DNA from: Blastocladiella emersonii ATCC 22665
Lineage: Eukaryota; Fungi; Blastocladiomycota
DNA length: 64,000 bases
Assembly: GCA_025594325.1 (NCBI GenBank)
Contig: JANHCV010000009.1
Coordinates: forward strand, 620,001 to 684,000
Reading direction: 5' to 3'
In this document: piece after piece, positions 49,461 through 59,922 of the stretch
Layout: each line of letters opens with the position of its first letter
Position numbering within the stretch: position 1 is the stretch's first letter
Position numbers and translations under genes: made by a program
The notes under the pieces: model-generated
What the model was told of the DNA's origin: nothing
The model's input: the letters and a program-made list of their open reading frames with translations, nothing else
Database searches by the model: none

Positions 49461-51327
49461 GGGCGCGGCTTTCTTTTGTAAGGTGAGCCCGCTGCGTGTT
49501 CGTTCGTTTGTGCGCGCAAAGAGTTTGTTGTCTTCATCATCATTGGCCCGATGAGGCCCGATCCCACGCCCAGTTTCTGTATCTCATACACACGTCACAT
49601 TTTCCTCCAATCAATGCTCTAGCTCTCGTGGTCCGTGAGCTCGACGATCGCTTCCACTCGCGAGGGCTTGGGAGGAGTGTGGCGCGTCGCGGTCACCTGC
49701 TGGATCAGCTGATGCGTTGCGATGACCGGCGCGAAGGCGAGCCCACCGCCCTTCGCACGCTCGTTCGGTCAGCCCGTCCTCTTACTCTCGCAACATTGAA
49801 CCGCATCACGCACCCACGCAGCACACGAAATGTTGAACGCATGCATCCCGCCGCACCACCACCGCGCCGAGCCCAAGGCCCAGGTCGCGCTCCCGTCGGA
49901 CCTCCTCGCGCTTCCGTCGGACCTGCTCGCCGACGTGGTCATCCTCGCGACGCCGCGCGTGTGCGTCCTCACGGCGTGCCGCGACCTGTCCGCGCCGCTC
50001 TCCGCTAAACGCGCCAAGCTCGCCTGGACCAACGCGCAGTGTGCCATCCACACGCCGCCCGAGTCGGTCCGCCTCTACCAGCACGCGTGCACGCTGAGCG
50101 TGCGCACCAACCTCGTCGCGCACCTCGAGCAGTGCTGCATCAGCCGCCACGCGCCCACCGCCGACGTCCGCGACCAGCTCGCGTCGACGTGGCAGCAGTG
50201 GCGGGCCGCCGCCAACTCGGACTACATTCCGGTTCTCGCCATGACGGCGCTGTTTGCCCTGCTCGACTCGGTCCCCGCCGCGTTCCTGACGCCCACGCGT
50301 CGCAACGTCACCGGCACGCTCAAGTACCGGCAGCAGATTCACGCCGCCATGGACCGCGAGGTCCGCATCGCTTCTGCCTCGGCCACCGCCCCGAAAGATT
50401 CCACCAAAACGAACGTGCCGCCGCTCTTCACGTCGGTCCCGCTCGTCGCCATCGTCCAGTTCCTCGTCTACGTCACCTTCCACTGCGACGCCTACGTGCT
50501 CCAGATCGTGGTCGCCCAGGCCGCCAGCCGCGCGTCCGCCTTCCTCTGCGTCGCCCTCTCGGTCTCGACGTGGTCTCGGTCGACCGTCAAGTCCATTGAC
50601 CAGCAGTGGGAGCGCGAGATGCAGCGCTGCCCGCACTTTGACCGCCCCGTCCGCTTCACAGCGTACCTCGGCCTCGCCGCGCTGAGCCGGTGGGACGCGG
50701 ACAAGTTTGCGCTCGTCACCGAGGGCGAGCTGTCCGTGGACAAGGGCGAGCTCGTCGACCTGCTGCGCCAGGACACGTTCATCACGCTCGCGCTCGCCGA
50801 CCTCGCGCACCTCGACCACGTCCCCGTCGGCAACGTGATCCGCATTCTCGACTGGCTCATCGTGCACACTGCCAGCGAGGCCGGCGGCGGTCCGCGTCGC
50901 GCCATCGGCGGCATCCCGATCCACGTCTTCTTCATCGCTCCGCGCCTGCGTCCCGTCTTTGACCACGTCCAGCGCCATCCCCTCCTGCTTCGTCCCGCCG
51001 AGCAGTAGCAGTCGCAGCCGCAGAAGAAGAAACCCGCCGCCGCCGCCGCCGCGAGTCGCCCTGCCGGTCGTCGTCCCCTGCCTCGTCGCGCGACAGCCGC
51101 GGCCCGCGCTGCCTCATCGACGACGGTGACTCCGGCTCCCGCAACTACTACCGCTGGTGCGCCAGGTCCACCTGCTCGCGCATCGACATCCACGACGGCT
51201 TCGACCACCAGTCGCCCGACCTCGGGCATCGACGTGGCCTCGCTCAAGGCCGCGCTGCCCGGACTCCGCGACATGTTCGAGTAAGGCGGACAGCGCGATG
51301 TGGTGTGGGGCTCGATTCTTGCACAAC
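48857..51327 (+). repeat. Left arm of 2,471-bp inverted duplication
   Basis: Reverse complement of 54736-57206 (mirror coordinates sum to 106063); only two differences noticed (48866 and 51006). Confidence 0.95.
49830..51008 (+). CDS. F-box-like orphan protein, left copy, truncated at 392 aa by TAG
   Basis: Identical to 54779-56233 except CAG TAG CAG instead of CAG AAG CAG; the coding-like frame continues to 51284. Confidence 0.7.
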   Translation: MLNACIPPHHHRAEPKAQVALPSDLLALPSDLLADVVILATPRVCVLTACRDLSAPLSAKRAKLAWTNAQCAIHTPPESVRLYQHACTLSVRTNLVAHLEQCCISRHAPTADVRDQLASTWQQWRAAANSDYIPVLAMTALFALLDSVPAAFLTPTRRNVTGTLKYRQQIHAAMDREVRIASASATAPKDSTKTNVPPLFTSVPLVAIVQFLVYVTFHCDAYVLQIVVAQAASRASAFLCVALSVSTWSRSTVKSIDQQWEREMQRCPHFDRPVRFTAYLGLAALSRWDADKFALVTEGELSVDKGELVDLLRQDTFITLALADLAHLDHVPVGNVIRILDWLIVHTASEAGGGPRRAIGGIPIHVFFIAPRLRPVFDHVQRHPLLLRPAEQ

Positions 51328-51672
51328 TCATTGATGTCTTCCATCTGTTCATTCTCCCTTTCAAACATTCGTTGGTGAGGGCTGTTTGACCCTTGCATTG
51401 CGATTCCTTTCGTATTCCAACTCCGTTTGCGCTCGACGCGCCGCTTGGAAGTGCCGGCAGCTGTGGCGCAGCGCGCCGCGTTTCACTTCAAAAGGCTTGG
51501 CAGGTGCCGTCTGGCTCGTGGTGAAGTGCTGCGCCACCACGGAGCTGCGCCACCCGCTGGACAAGTCACGAATTGTAATCTAGGGGGCATGTCCAATCCA
51601 CGTTTTTGACCTTTCATGCTTGCTTTAAATGGCAACAGCTGCAATATATTTTCGTCCTTAAGTCTCGTTCAG

Positions 51673-52347
51673 TCACGTCTGCCCGGTTTCCGCAAAACTT
51701 TGACCCAGCGACAGCTCTTGTATCATTCGTTTGTCCGCCTCGATGTTTTGGTTCAGGCGGTTGATCCAGTACTCCATGTTGGCTTCCGGGTCGCGTCTCC
51801 GCTTCCGCTCTGCCAGCTCTGCCGCCGAAACCAAATTGCGCGACCGCGACGAACGAGCCAGCGCAGGATTCCTGCGGGCCGCATGTGCTCCACGAGAAAC
51901 GGGAACCGGTCGGACCGAGGACGAATTCCCGCCAGCCTGCGCACTGAGTGCGGTCATCAGCGCTGACTTGAGCACCTCGACAACTTGCGCTAAGCTTACG
52001 GTGGAACGGCGGCTTGGATCACTGCACGCATCAGGCGGAGGGTTGCAGCCGAGGTAACTTGCCGCCAGCTTGGCAAGCTTGTTGAGCTCAAGGATATCGT
52101 TCGTCGTGACGGTTTCGAGGTGTTTTGGTTGAAGCGATACTCGCGCAGTGCTAGAGGTCGAGCGCACCGGGCGAACCGGGACGCACTCGGTACGAATACG
52201 CTGATGCGGCTGGGCCTGGTTCACGCGAGACGTGGGGGCGGCACTCGACGATGGTGACCATGGGCACACTTGCTGCACTTGATGTTGCGGCTGCTCTGCT
52301 TGCTGATGGGGGATATGATGGTCAAGAACGCTGGTCTTGCACGACAT
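51673..52347 (-). CDS. Orphan protein family X, paralog 1 (224 aa)
   Basis: Intronless ORF sharing PHQQAEQ, RPVRSTSS, LA..AA.YLG.NP.PDA and V.L.Q.VEVL with paralog 2. Confidence 0.65.
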   Translation of the reverse strand: MSCKTSVLDHHIPHQQAEQPQHQVQQVCPWSPSSSAAPTSRVNQAQPHQRIRTECVPVRPVRSTSSTARVSLQPKHLETVTTNDILELNKLAKLAASYLGCNPPPDACSDPSRRSTVSLAQVVEVLKSALMTALSAQAGGNSSSVRPVPVSRGAHAARRNPALARSSRSRNLVSAAELAERKRRRDPEANMEYWINRLNQNIEADKRMIQELSLGQSFAETGQT

Positions 52348-52630
52348 GACGAAGGGGAAAGTGACTGTGGCACGATGTGGCGAGGGAGGAGATGCGACGA
52401 GGACTTGAATTCGCTGGTTGGTGTGCGAGGATTGCTGGCAAACCGATCACACCGAGGTCATCTGGCTCGAATGAATGCTGTCATTTACTGACGGTTCCAA
52501 AACGTTGCGTTTCCGGTAGCCTGCCAGCAACTTTGGCTTGCCAACCAACGCATTCAAGTGCTGGCCCAGCCTTCCCCTCGCCTTCTCCTCCCCTGGCTTA
52601 AAACCCATATTTTTTTCTTCGCACTGCATC

Positions 52631-53317
52631 ATGTCAAGTCAATCGATTGTTACCGAAACTCCAGTGCCGCATCAACAAGCGGAGCAACTACCGGGTTACG
52701 AGCAGCAACCGTGTTGGCAGTCCTCCGCAACAGATGATGTCGCCAGCACGCCGCGTATGAATCAAACGCAACGCAAAACGGTTCATGCGGAGAACGTCCC
52801 CCTCCGCCCCGTACGCTCAACCTCCTCCTACACTCCGCGAGTTATGTTGCAGCATGAATACCTTGCAACTGTCAAGGTAGCCGATGTCCGCAAGCTCAAG
52901 AGCCTCGCCAACTCGGCAGCCAAGTATCTTGGCCGCAACCCCCTACCAGACGCGTACGGAGGCTCGAGCGACACCTTCGCTGTGACCCTGACGCAGATTG
53001 TCGAAGTGCTCGAGGCCGCACTCAAGCCGGTCATCGAGTCGCATCTTGTCGCATCTCGGCCAGTTACACGACTACATTCATCGAGTCGCTTGACCCGCGC
53101 AGCGCCTCATTCGCTGCGGGCTCAACAACCAATCATGCTATCAGCGTTGGCCCAGCAAGCAGCCGACCGCGAGCTCATGGCCAGGCTATATCGGTTGCTT
53201 GAAGCCGAGAAGCGCGCTGCCGAAGAGCAGGAACGTAGGAAGCAGCAGCAGGTGTCAACGTCTGGTCGAGACCCTGAAGAAAGTATGCATGATCAAGCGC
53301 AGGTTTCCCGTGGCTGA
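52631..53317 (+). CDS. Orphan protein family X, paralog 2
   Basis: ATG at 52631 aligns with the start of paralog 1; divergently oriented from it. Confidence 0.65.
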   Translation: MSSQSIVTETPVPHQQAEQLPGYEQQPCWQSSATDDVASTPRMNQTQRKTVHAENVPLRPVRSTSSYTPRVMLQHEYLATVKVADVRKLKSLANSAAKYLGRNPLPDAYGGSSDTFAVTLTQIVEVLEAALKPVIESHLVASRPVTRLHSSSRLTRAAPHSLRAQQPIMLSALAQQAADRELMARLYRLLEAEKRAAEEQERRKQQQVSTSGRDPEESMHDQAQVSRG

Positions 53318-53822
53318 CGGACGAGTTGAAGTGAAGCTTGAAGTTTGCTAGATAATAGTTAGTTATAACTTATAACTTTTCATTGACCGAAACCTAGAAG
53401 AGTAAGCAATCTAGCGTGAGCGTGTTGACTGCGATACCAGCAAACCGCACTGGTGGCGCTTGGCCAGATTTTTAATTATTTGCACAAGCAAGTAGTAACC
53501 TTTATTGGTCCGAGGGCTCGAGTGGGACTAAGCGTGCGTCCGGTCGGGCAGGACTTGCGTGAACGAGCACCGCTCATTCGGAGTGGCGCAACGCGTAGCT
53601 CAGCCACACACGTGATGTGCAGAAATGCAAGGAAACGACTCGACAGCTCACGATGCCTCCCCTAAATGCGCACTAGCGTCGATATGCAGCTTGTTCGGAC
53701 GCTCAAAAACATGCTTCGAAGTGTAAGCTTGCTCGTTCTCATTTCGGCCCGGGACACGGATACCGCTCCAGATCATTCTCCGAATCACAGCAACTTACCC
53801 CTCACTCCCCACTCCCTAGAAT

Positions 53823-54362
53823 ATGTCTTTTCAGCAGCACGCCGATGCCCGCGCTTTCTCTGAGCATCTGGTACAAGTACCATGCTCCGCGCGGGCATCG
53901 CTGCAGCCCGAGTACATTGCCCACGTCGAGGTGAGCGAGGTCCGCCAGCTTGAACGGCTTGCCAAGCTCGCAGCAGACTCCATGAGTCGCGAGTCCCCGC
54001 ACGCCGTGTACTCGGAGGTGAGTGCCAGCGCCTGTGTCAGTCTGGCGCAAGTTATCGCGGTAATTGACGAGGCCTTGAAGGCCAAAAGTAATCCGGCCCC
54101 TGCTCGAGTTCCAACCACTTCAGCTACACGCGGAGTACGTGGTGGCCGCGGGAAGAAGGCGGCGGCCCCACAGCCATCTGAGCGGCTGGCAGCCACTGAG
54201 GCGAGCCGGGCCATGCGGGCAACCACCCGTGAGGTGGTGGCTGGACTAAAGCGCCTCATCGAAGAAAGCAAACGCCGAGCTGCTGAAGCAGAAATGCAGA
54301 AACTCGCGGGCAAGGATCTGACAGGAAACCGGCTCGAACAAGTCCAAGTGCGAGCAAGCTAG
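53823..54362 (+). CDS. Orphan protein family X, paralog 3 (179 aa, shorter N-terminus)
   Basis: RASLQPEYIAHV..SEVRQLERLAKLAA...VSLAQVIAVIDEALK aligns to the core of paralogs 1 and 2. Confidence 0.6.
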   Translation: MSFQQHADARAFSEHLVQVPCSARASLQPEYIAHVEVSEVRQLERLAKLAADSMSRESPHAVYSEVSASACVSLAQVIAVIDEALKAKSNPAPARVPTTSATRGVRGGRGKKAAAPQPSERLAATEASRAMRATTREVVAGLKRLIEESKRRAAEAEMQKLAGKDLTGNRLEQVQVRAS

Positions 54363-54778
54363 TCAATGTTCTCGTGGATAACGACGGTGTTCTATGAAAT
54401 ATTCACCCGTGATTAGACAATAAACGTGCTGAATTGAATCTGCGCTTGCTCTTAACTGTTGTCGCTGTTCGCGAGCAACGACTGGACGAGCAGTATAGTC
54501 AGTGCGCGATCAGCTTCCTTGACAAATGCCACCGCGGCGGCCGTCGAGGCCACCAACACGCACACTACTTCAGCTTTGGGCCCCGGCAGAGTCGTTTTTG
54601 ATCAGTGGTGTGATGCGCCTGCGCGACTACACAGTTCTCGGTGGATCGGCGGTTTTGAATGAAGATAGGAATGAAGAGACTGATGGTCCAGGCAAGGCTA
54701 GAGCAATTAATTAACGGTATTTATTGAATCAATCGGTTGTGCAAGAATCGAGCCCCACACCACATCGCGCTGTCCGCC

Positions 54779-56233
54779 TTACTCGAACATGTCGCGGAGT
54801 CCGGGCAGCGCGGCCTTGAGCGAGGCCACGTCGATGCCCGAGGTCGGGCGACTGGTGGTCGAAGCCGTCGTGGATGTCGATGCGCGAGCAGGTGGACCTG
54901 GCGCACCAGCGGTAGTAGTTGCGGGAGCCGGAGTCACCGTCGTCGATGAGGCAGCGCGGGCCGCGGCTGTCGCGCGACGAGGCAGGGGACGACGACCGGC
55001 AGGGCGACTCGCGGCGGCGGCGGCGGCGGGTTTCTTCTTCTGCGGCTGCGACTGCTTCTGCTCGGCGGGACGAAGCAGGAGGGGATGGCGCTGGACGTGG
55101 TCAAAGACGGGACGCAGGCGCGGAGCGATGAAGAAGACGTGGATCGGGATGCCGCCGATGGCGCGACGCGGACCGCCGCCGGCCTCGCTGGCAGTGTGCA
55201 CGATGAGCCAGTCGAGAATGCGGATCACGTTGCCGACGGGGACGTGGTCGAGGTGCGCGAGGTCGGCGAGCGCGAGCGTGATGAACGTGTCCTGGCGCAG
55301 CAGGTCGACGAGCTCGCCCTTGTCCACGGACAGCTCGCCCTCGGTGACGAGCGCAAACTTGTCCGCGTCCCACCGGCTCAGCGCGGCGAGGCCGAGGTAC
55401 GCTGTGAAGCGGACGGGGCGGTCAAAGTGCGGGCAGCGCTGCATCTCGCGCTCCCACTGCTGGTCAATGGACTTGACGGTCGACCGAGACCACGTCGAGA
55501 CCGAGAGGGCGACGCAGAGGAAGGCGGACGCGCGGCTGGCGGCCTGGGCGACCACGATCTGGAGCACGTAGGCGTCGCAGTGGAAGGTGACGTAGACGAG
55601 GAACTGGACGATGGCGACGAGCGGGACCGACGTGAAGAGCGGCGGCACGTTCGTTTTGGTGGAATCTTTCGGGGCGGTGGCCGAGGCAGAAGCGATGCGG
55701 ACCTCGCGGTCCATGGCGGCGTGAATCTGCTGCCGGTACTTGAGCGTGCCGGTGACGTTGCGACGCGTGGGCGTCAGGAACGCGGCGGGGACCGAGTCGA
55801 GCAGGGCAAACAGCGCCGTCATGGCGAGAACCGGAATGTAGTCCGAGTTGGCGGCGGCCCGCCACTGCTGCCACGTCGACGCGAGCTGGTCGCGGACGTC
55901 GGCGGTGGGCGCGTGGCGGCTGATGCAGCACTGCTCGAGGTGCGCGACGAGGTTGGTGCGCACGCTCAGCGTGCACGCGTGCTGGTAGAGGCGGACCGAC
56001 TCGGGCGGCGTGTGGATGGCACACTGCGCGTTGGTCCAGGCGAGCTTGGCGCGTTTAGCGGAGAGCGGCGCGGACAGGTCGCGGCACGCCGTGAGGACGC
56101 ACACGCGCGGCGTCGCGAGGATGACCACGTCGGCGAGCAGGTCCGACGGAAGCGCGAGGAGGTCCGACGGGAGCGCGACCTGGGCCTTGGGCTCGGCGCG
56201 GTGGTGGTGCGGCGGGATGCATGCGTTCAACAT
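54779..56233 (-). CDS. F-box-like orphan protein, right copy, full length (484 aa)
   Basis: LLALPSDLLADVVILA..VLTACRDL N-terminus; uninterrupted ORF; distant similarity to the 21-32 kb array proteins. Confidence 0.7.
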   Translation of the reverse strand: MLNACIPPHHHRAEPKAQVALPSDLLALPSDLLADVVILATPRVCVLTACRDLSAPLSAKRAKLAWTNAQCAIHTPPESVRLYQHACTLSVRTNLVAHLEQCCISRHAPTADVRDQLASTWQQWRAAANSDYIPVLAMTALFALLDSVPAAFLTPTRRNVTGTLKYRQQIHAAMDREVRIASASATAPKDSTKTNVPPLFTSVPLVAIVQFLVYVTFHCDAYVLQIVVAQAASRASAFLCVALSVSTWSRSTVKSIDQQWEREMQRCPHFDRPVRFTAYLGLAALSRWDADKFALVTEGELSVDKGELVDLLRQDTFITLALADLAHLDHVPVGNVIRILDWLIVHTASEAGGGPRRAIGGIPIHVFFIAPRLRPVFDHVQRHPLLLRPAEQKQSQPQKKKPAAAAAASRPAGRRPLPRRATAAARAASSTTVTPAPATTTAGAPGPPARASTSTTASTTSRPTSGIDVASLKAALPGLRDMFE

Positions 56234-56602
56234 TTCGTGTGCTGCGTGGGTGCGTGATGCGGTTCAATGTTGCGAGAGTAAGAGGACGGGCTGACCGAAC
56301 GAGCGTGCGAAGGGCGGTGGGCTCGCCTTCGCGCCGGTCATCGCAACGCATCAGCTGATCCAGCAGGTGACCGCGACGCGCCACACTCCTCCCAAGCCCT
56401 CGCGAGTGGAAGCGATCGTCGAGCTCACGGACCACGAGAGCTAGAGCATTGATTGGAGGAAAATGTGACGTGTGTATGAGATACAGAAACTGGGCGTGGG
56501 ATCGGGCCTCATCGGGCCAATGATGATGAAGACAACAAACTCTTTGCGCGCACAAACGAACGAACACGCAGCGGGCTCACCTTACAAAAGAAAGCCGCGC
56601 CC

Positions 56603-57206
56603 CTATTCCTCGGACTTGAGCAGCGACTGCGCCACGGCCGACGCCGACAGCGCCGAGGCCGCCTTGCCCGAGGCCGCCACGGCCGACTCGACCGCCTTGT
56701 CGAGGCGCTCGACGGCCGCGCCCAGCGACTCGGCAATCGCCGCCTCGATGCGCGCCGCCACGATGCGGCGCACCACGGGCGACAGCACAGCATACAGCCA
56801 ATTATGGCGCGCCTTCTTCACGTCCAGGTCGAGGTCGTTCACGCGCGCCTCGGTGCGCACCACGTCGAGCAGCCGCGCCGCGTCCGCCGACGGCCGCACC
56901 ACCAGGTCCACGTCGAGCCCGCGCCGCGCAATCGACACGTCCGCGATCCCGACGTCGGCAAACGACGGGAACGTCTTCTTGTAGTAGTAGAAGACGAGGT
57001 TGGGCGCGTGCAGCTGCACGTTGCGCAGCTCGACCTGCACCGTGCTCGACGCCGCCGTACCCGACCCCGCCGCGGCCACGTCCATGGCCAGGTGCGTCTC
57101 CGTCTTGATCGCCACGTCCTTGGGCAGGATCGTCGCCGCCAGCGTCACGTTATCGAGGATCACGTCCACCTCATCCGTCGACACGTCGATGCGCGCTACG
57201 GGCAGC
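56603..57206 (-). pseudogene. 5'-truncated duplicate of the HAM1-like gene (last ~200 codons)
   Basis: Mirror of 48857-49460; lacks the promoter and N-terminal exons and abuts foreign-looking DNA at 57207. Confidence 0.85.
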
Positions 57207-57534
57207 GAAACGTGAACAAGAACTATTTATAAGAATCAAGAGAAACAGCACCAACACCTCGAGAACTCTGGCCATCGACTCAGCACCTGTGACAAATCGC
57301 GACCATCGCGTCCGCATACTCGCGCGAAGCAACTGTTTTCGGCGCTACTCGCCGAATCTCGTCCACGATATCACGACTTTTGTCGCCATTGACCATGGCG
57401 GCGATGACACACTGAGCGATCCAGCGCGCGTCCTTGACGCTATCAATAGCGGCCGAAGGTACCGCGCGCCAAAACTGTCGTTCACCTCAAGGTGAACGAC
57501 ATTGTCGTAGTACTTACCCCGAACGGCTCCCTGG

Positions 57535-59330
57535 GAATGCGACAAGTGCGTCAGGTATGCGACAAGTGCGTCAGGTATGCAACAAGTGCGTCAGGTATGC
57601 GACAACGCAGTGAGGATCTCTTAGCCCGAGCGTTTCCAGATCCTAACACCAACGCGTCAGGTATGCGACAAGTGCGTCAGGTATGCGACAAGGGCAGTGA
57701 GGATCTTTAGCCCGAGCGTTTCCAGATCCTAACACCAACGCATCAGGTATGCGACAAGTGCGTCAGGTATGCGACAGCGCAAAGGAGCGAAGCGAAGCGG
57801 AGCGGCGGCTGAAGTAGATCAGACGACGCATCAATCAGTTCCATAGCCCATGTATCTCAGTTTGGTTGAAAGCAGCGGATCACACAGCGCATCAGCTCGG
57901 TTCCACGGCCGTATATCTTAGTTTGACGCGGGCATTCAATGCCGGCGGTTTGTGAAGGCAGTCAGTACCGGCGGTTCGCCCTGTTCCTTGGTCCAGCATT
58001 GTTGGATATGCCGTGCCAGGTATGCGAGAAGTGCGCCAGGTATGCGACGCCCCCAGCAGAGCGACGCGAAGCGGAGCGGGCGGCAGCGGTATCTCAGACA
58101 GCACATCAATCCGTTCCACGATTGAATATCTTGGTTGGTCGCGGGCAGTTGGTACCGGCGGTTCACGCGGGCATTCGGTTCCGGTGGTTCGCGCTGGAGG
58201 GCGATGGGTTTTTCGAGAGGGCAGTCGAAATCGGCGGTTCACACGGGCAGTCCAAATCGGCGGTTCGCGCGGGGGAGGTTTTTTTGCGGGCGGGATTTCA
58301 AATCCTTGAACGGATCTTTGGCTTGGTCGCGAGCCGGCGGTTCAGCATGCGATGCCAGGTATGCGACAAGTGCGCCAGGTATGCGACGCCCCAGCAGAGC
58401 GACGCGACGCGAAGCGGAGCGGGCGGCAGCGGTAGCTCAGAGCTCGCGTCAATCGAATCCATGAACGGATCTCTGGTTTTGGTCGCGAGCCGGCAGTTCG
58501 AATGGTCTGGTGCGGCGGACTTTTGAGGATCGTCGGCGCGGCGGCGAATCCTTGAACGGATCTTTGGCTTGGTCGCGAGCCGGCGGTTCGAATGGTCCGG
58601 TGCGGCGGACCTTTGAGGATCGTCGGCGCGGCGGCGAATCCTTGAACGGATCTTTGGCTTGGTCGCGAGCCGGCGGTTCGAATGGTCTGGTGCGGCGGAC
58701 TTTTGAGGATCGTCGGCGCGGCGGATCAAACCTCGCGTCAATCGAATCCTTGAACAGATCTTTGGCTTGGTCGCGAGCCGGCGGTTGTGCGGCGGACTTT
58801 GAGGATTGTTGGCGGAGCGGATCAGACCTCGCTTCAATCGAATCCTTGAACGGATCTTTGGCTTGGTCGCGAGCCAGCGGTTCAGCATGCGATGCCAGGT
58901 ATGCGACAAGTGCGCCAGGTATGCGACGCCCCCAGCACAGCGACGCGAAGCGGAGCGGGCGGCAGCGGTAGCTCAGACAGCGCATCAATCCGTTCCACGA
59001 TTGAATATCTTGGTTGGTCGCGGGAAGTTGGTACCGGCGGTTCACGCGGGCAGTCGTCGCGGGCAGTTGATATTGGTGGTTCATGCAGGAGTTGGTATCG
59101 GCGGCTTGCGCGTGGATGGGCGTATTGTTCGGGCTGCTGGTATCGGCGGTTTGCGCGTGGATGGGCTGGGCGGGCATCTTTTTGATATTGGCGCTCGAGT
59201 GAGCAGTGGGGGCTTTGAGCGGCGGTATGTCAACAAGCAGTTGCTTGGTTCAGCTGGATATGTCAAACCAGGTATGCGTCAGGTGCGCCAGGTATGCGAC
59301 GTGGAACAGAGCGACGCGAAGCGGAGCGGG
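57535..59330 (+). repeat. Complex direct-repeat field: 20-bp, 87-bp, 90-bp and ~150-bp units around an AGGTATGCGAC core
   Basis: GACAAGTGCGTCAGGTATGC x3 at 57541-57600; 87-bp duplication at 57607/57694; 90-bp period at 58501/58591/58681; long module at about 58015, 58355, 58894 and 59268. Confidence 0.9.
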
Positions 59331-59552
59331 CGGGCGGTAGATCAGACGGCGCATCAATTGGTTCCACAAACGTGTATCTCAGTTGGTTGAGGATGGCTGG
59401 GTCGAACCATGCTCCAAGTCGGTTACACGAATGGATATCAGACTTTGCTGCAGACCGGCGGTGCAAGTGGTTTGTGCGTTGGATTGTGAGGTCTCTTTGT
59501 AAACTCATTTGGCTGCGGTCACATTGAATGGTCTTCTTAGTTGGCCAGGGGA

Positions 59553-59827
59553 GACCGGCGCAGGGTTACAGGGTTACAGGGTTGATTTCACTTTGTGCCC
59601 AAGAATCGGGGGAATGGGGACTTGTGCACATCCCTTGTTCCTCCCCCCAATTCATTTTAGAAACTTTTTAAAAACAACCCCTAACCCTGTAAACCTGCGC
59701 CTGGTCATGGCTGACTATGGTCAAAAAATGGACAGCCACTTGGCCATGGCAAGACAGGCATCACATTGAAGCCTGGCAATATGCTTGTTCCAAACAACCC
59801 TGTAACCCTGTAACCCTGCGCCTGGTC
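59553..59827. repeat. Inverted arrays of the octamer GGGTTACA flanking an AT-rich core; candidate replication origin
   Basis: 59553-59584 and 59795-59827 are near-perfect reverse complements; a third degenerate copy at 59675-59707; AT-rich 59649-59674. Confidence 0.75.
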
Positions 59828-59922
59828 ACAGCAGCCAAATGAAAATAGTCGGTTCTGAACGGTTGGCAACAAGTAAACATCAAATTATCATGAAAGAAGG
59901 GCGGAACTTGGACTCAGTGCTC

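Larger units (their letters stand above)
54736..57206 (-). repeat. Right arm of 2,471-bp inverted duplication
   Basis: Mirror of 48857-51327. Confidence 0.95.

Noticed and set aside
40853-51008. Genome-wide TAG reassignment suggested by in-frame TAGs at 40853 and 51006
   Set aside because: TAG is the apparent normal terminator of other genes here (34519, 49460, 6158), and the 51006 TAG is AAG in the duplicate.
57535-57780. CRISPR-like array
   Set aside because: The 20-bp units are contiguous or separated by duplicated rather than unique spacers, no cas genes are present, and the context is eukaryotic.
59553-59827. True telomere or chromosome end
   Set aside because: Only two to three octamer units per arm, in opposing orientations and internal to continuous sequence.
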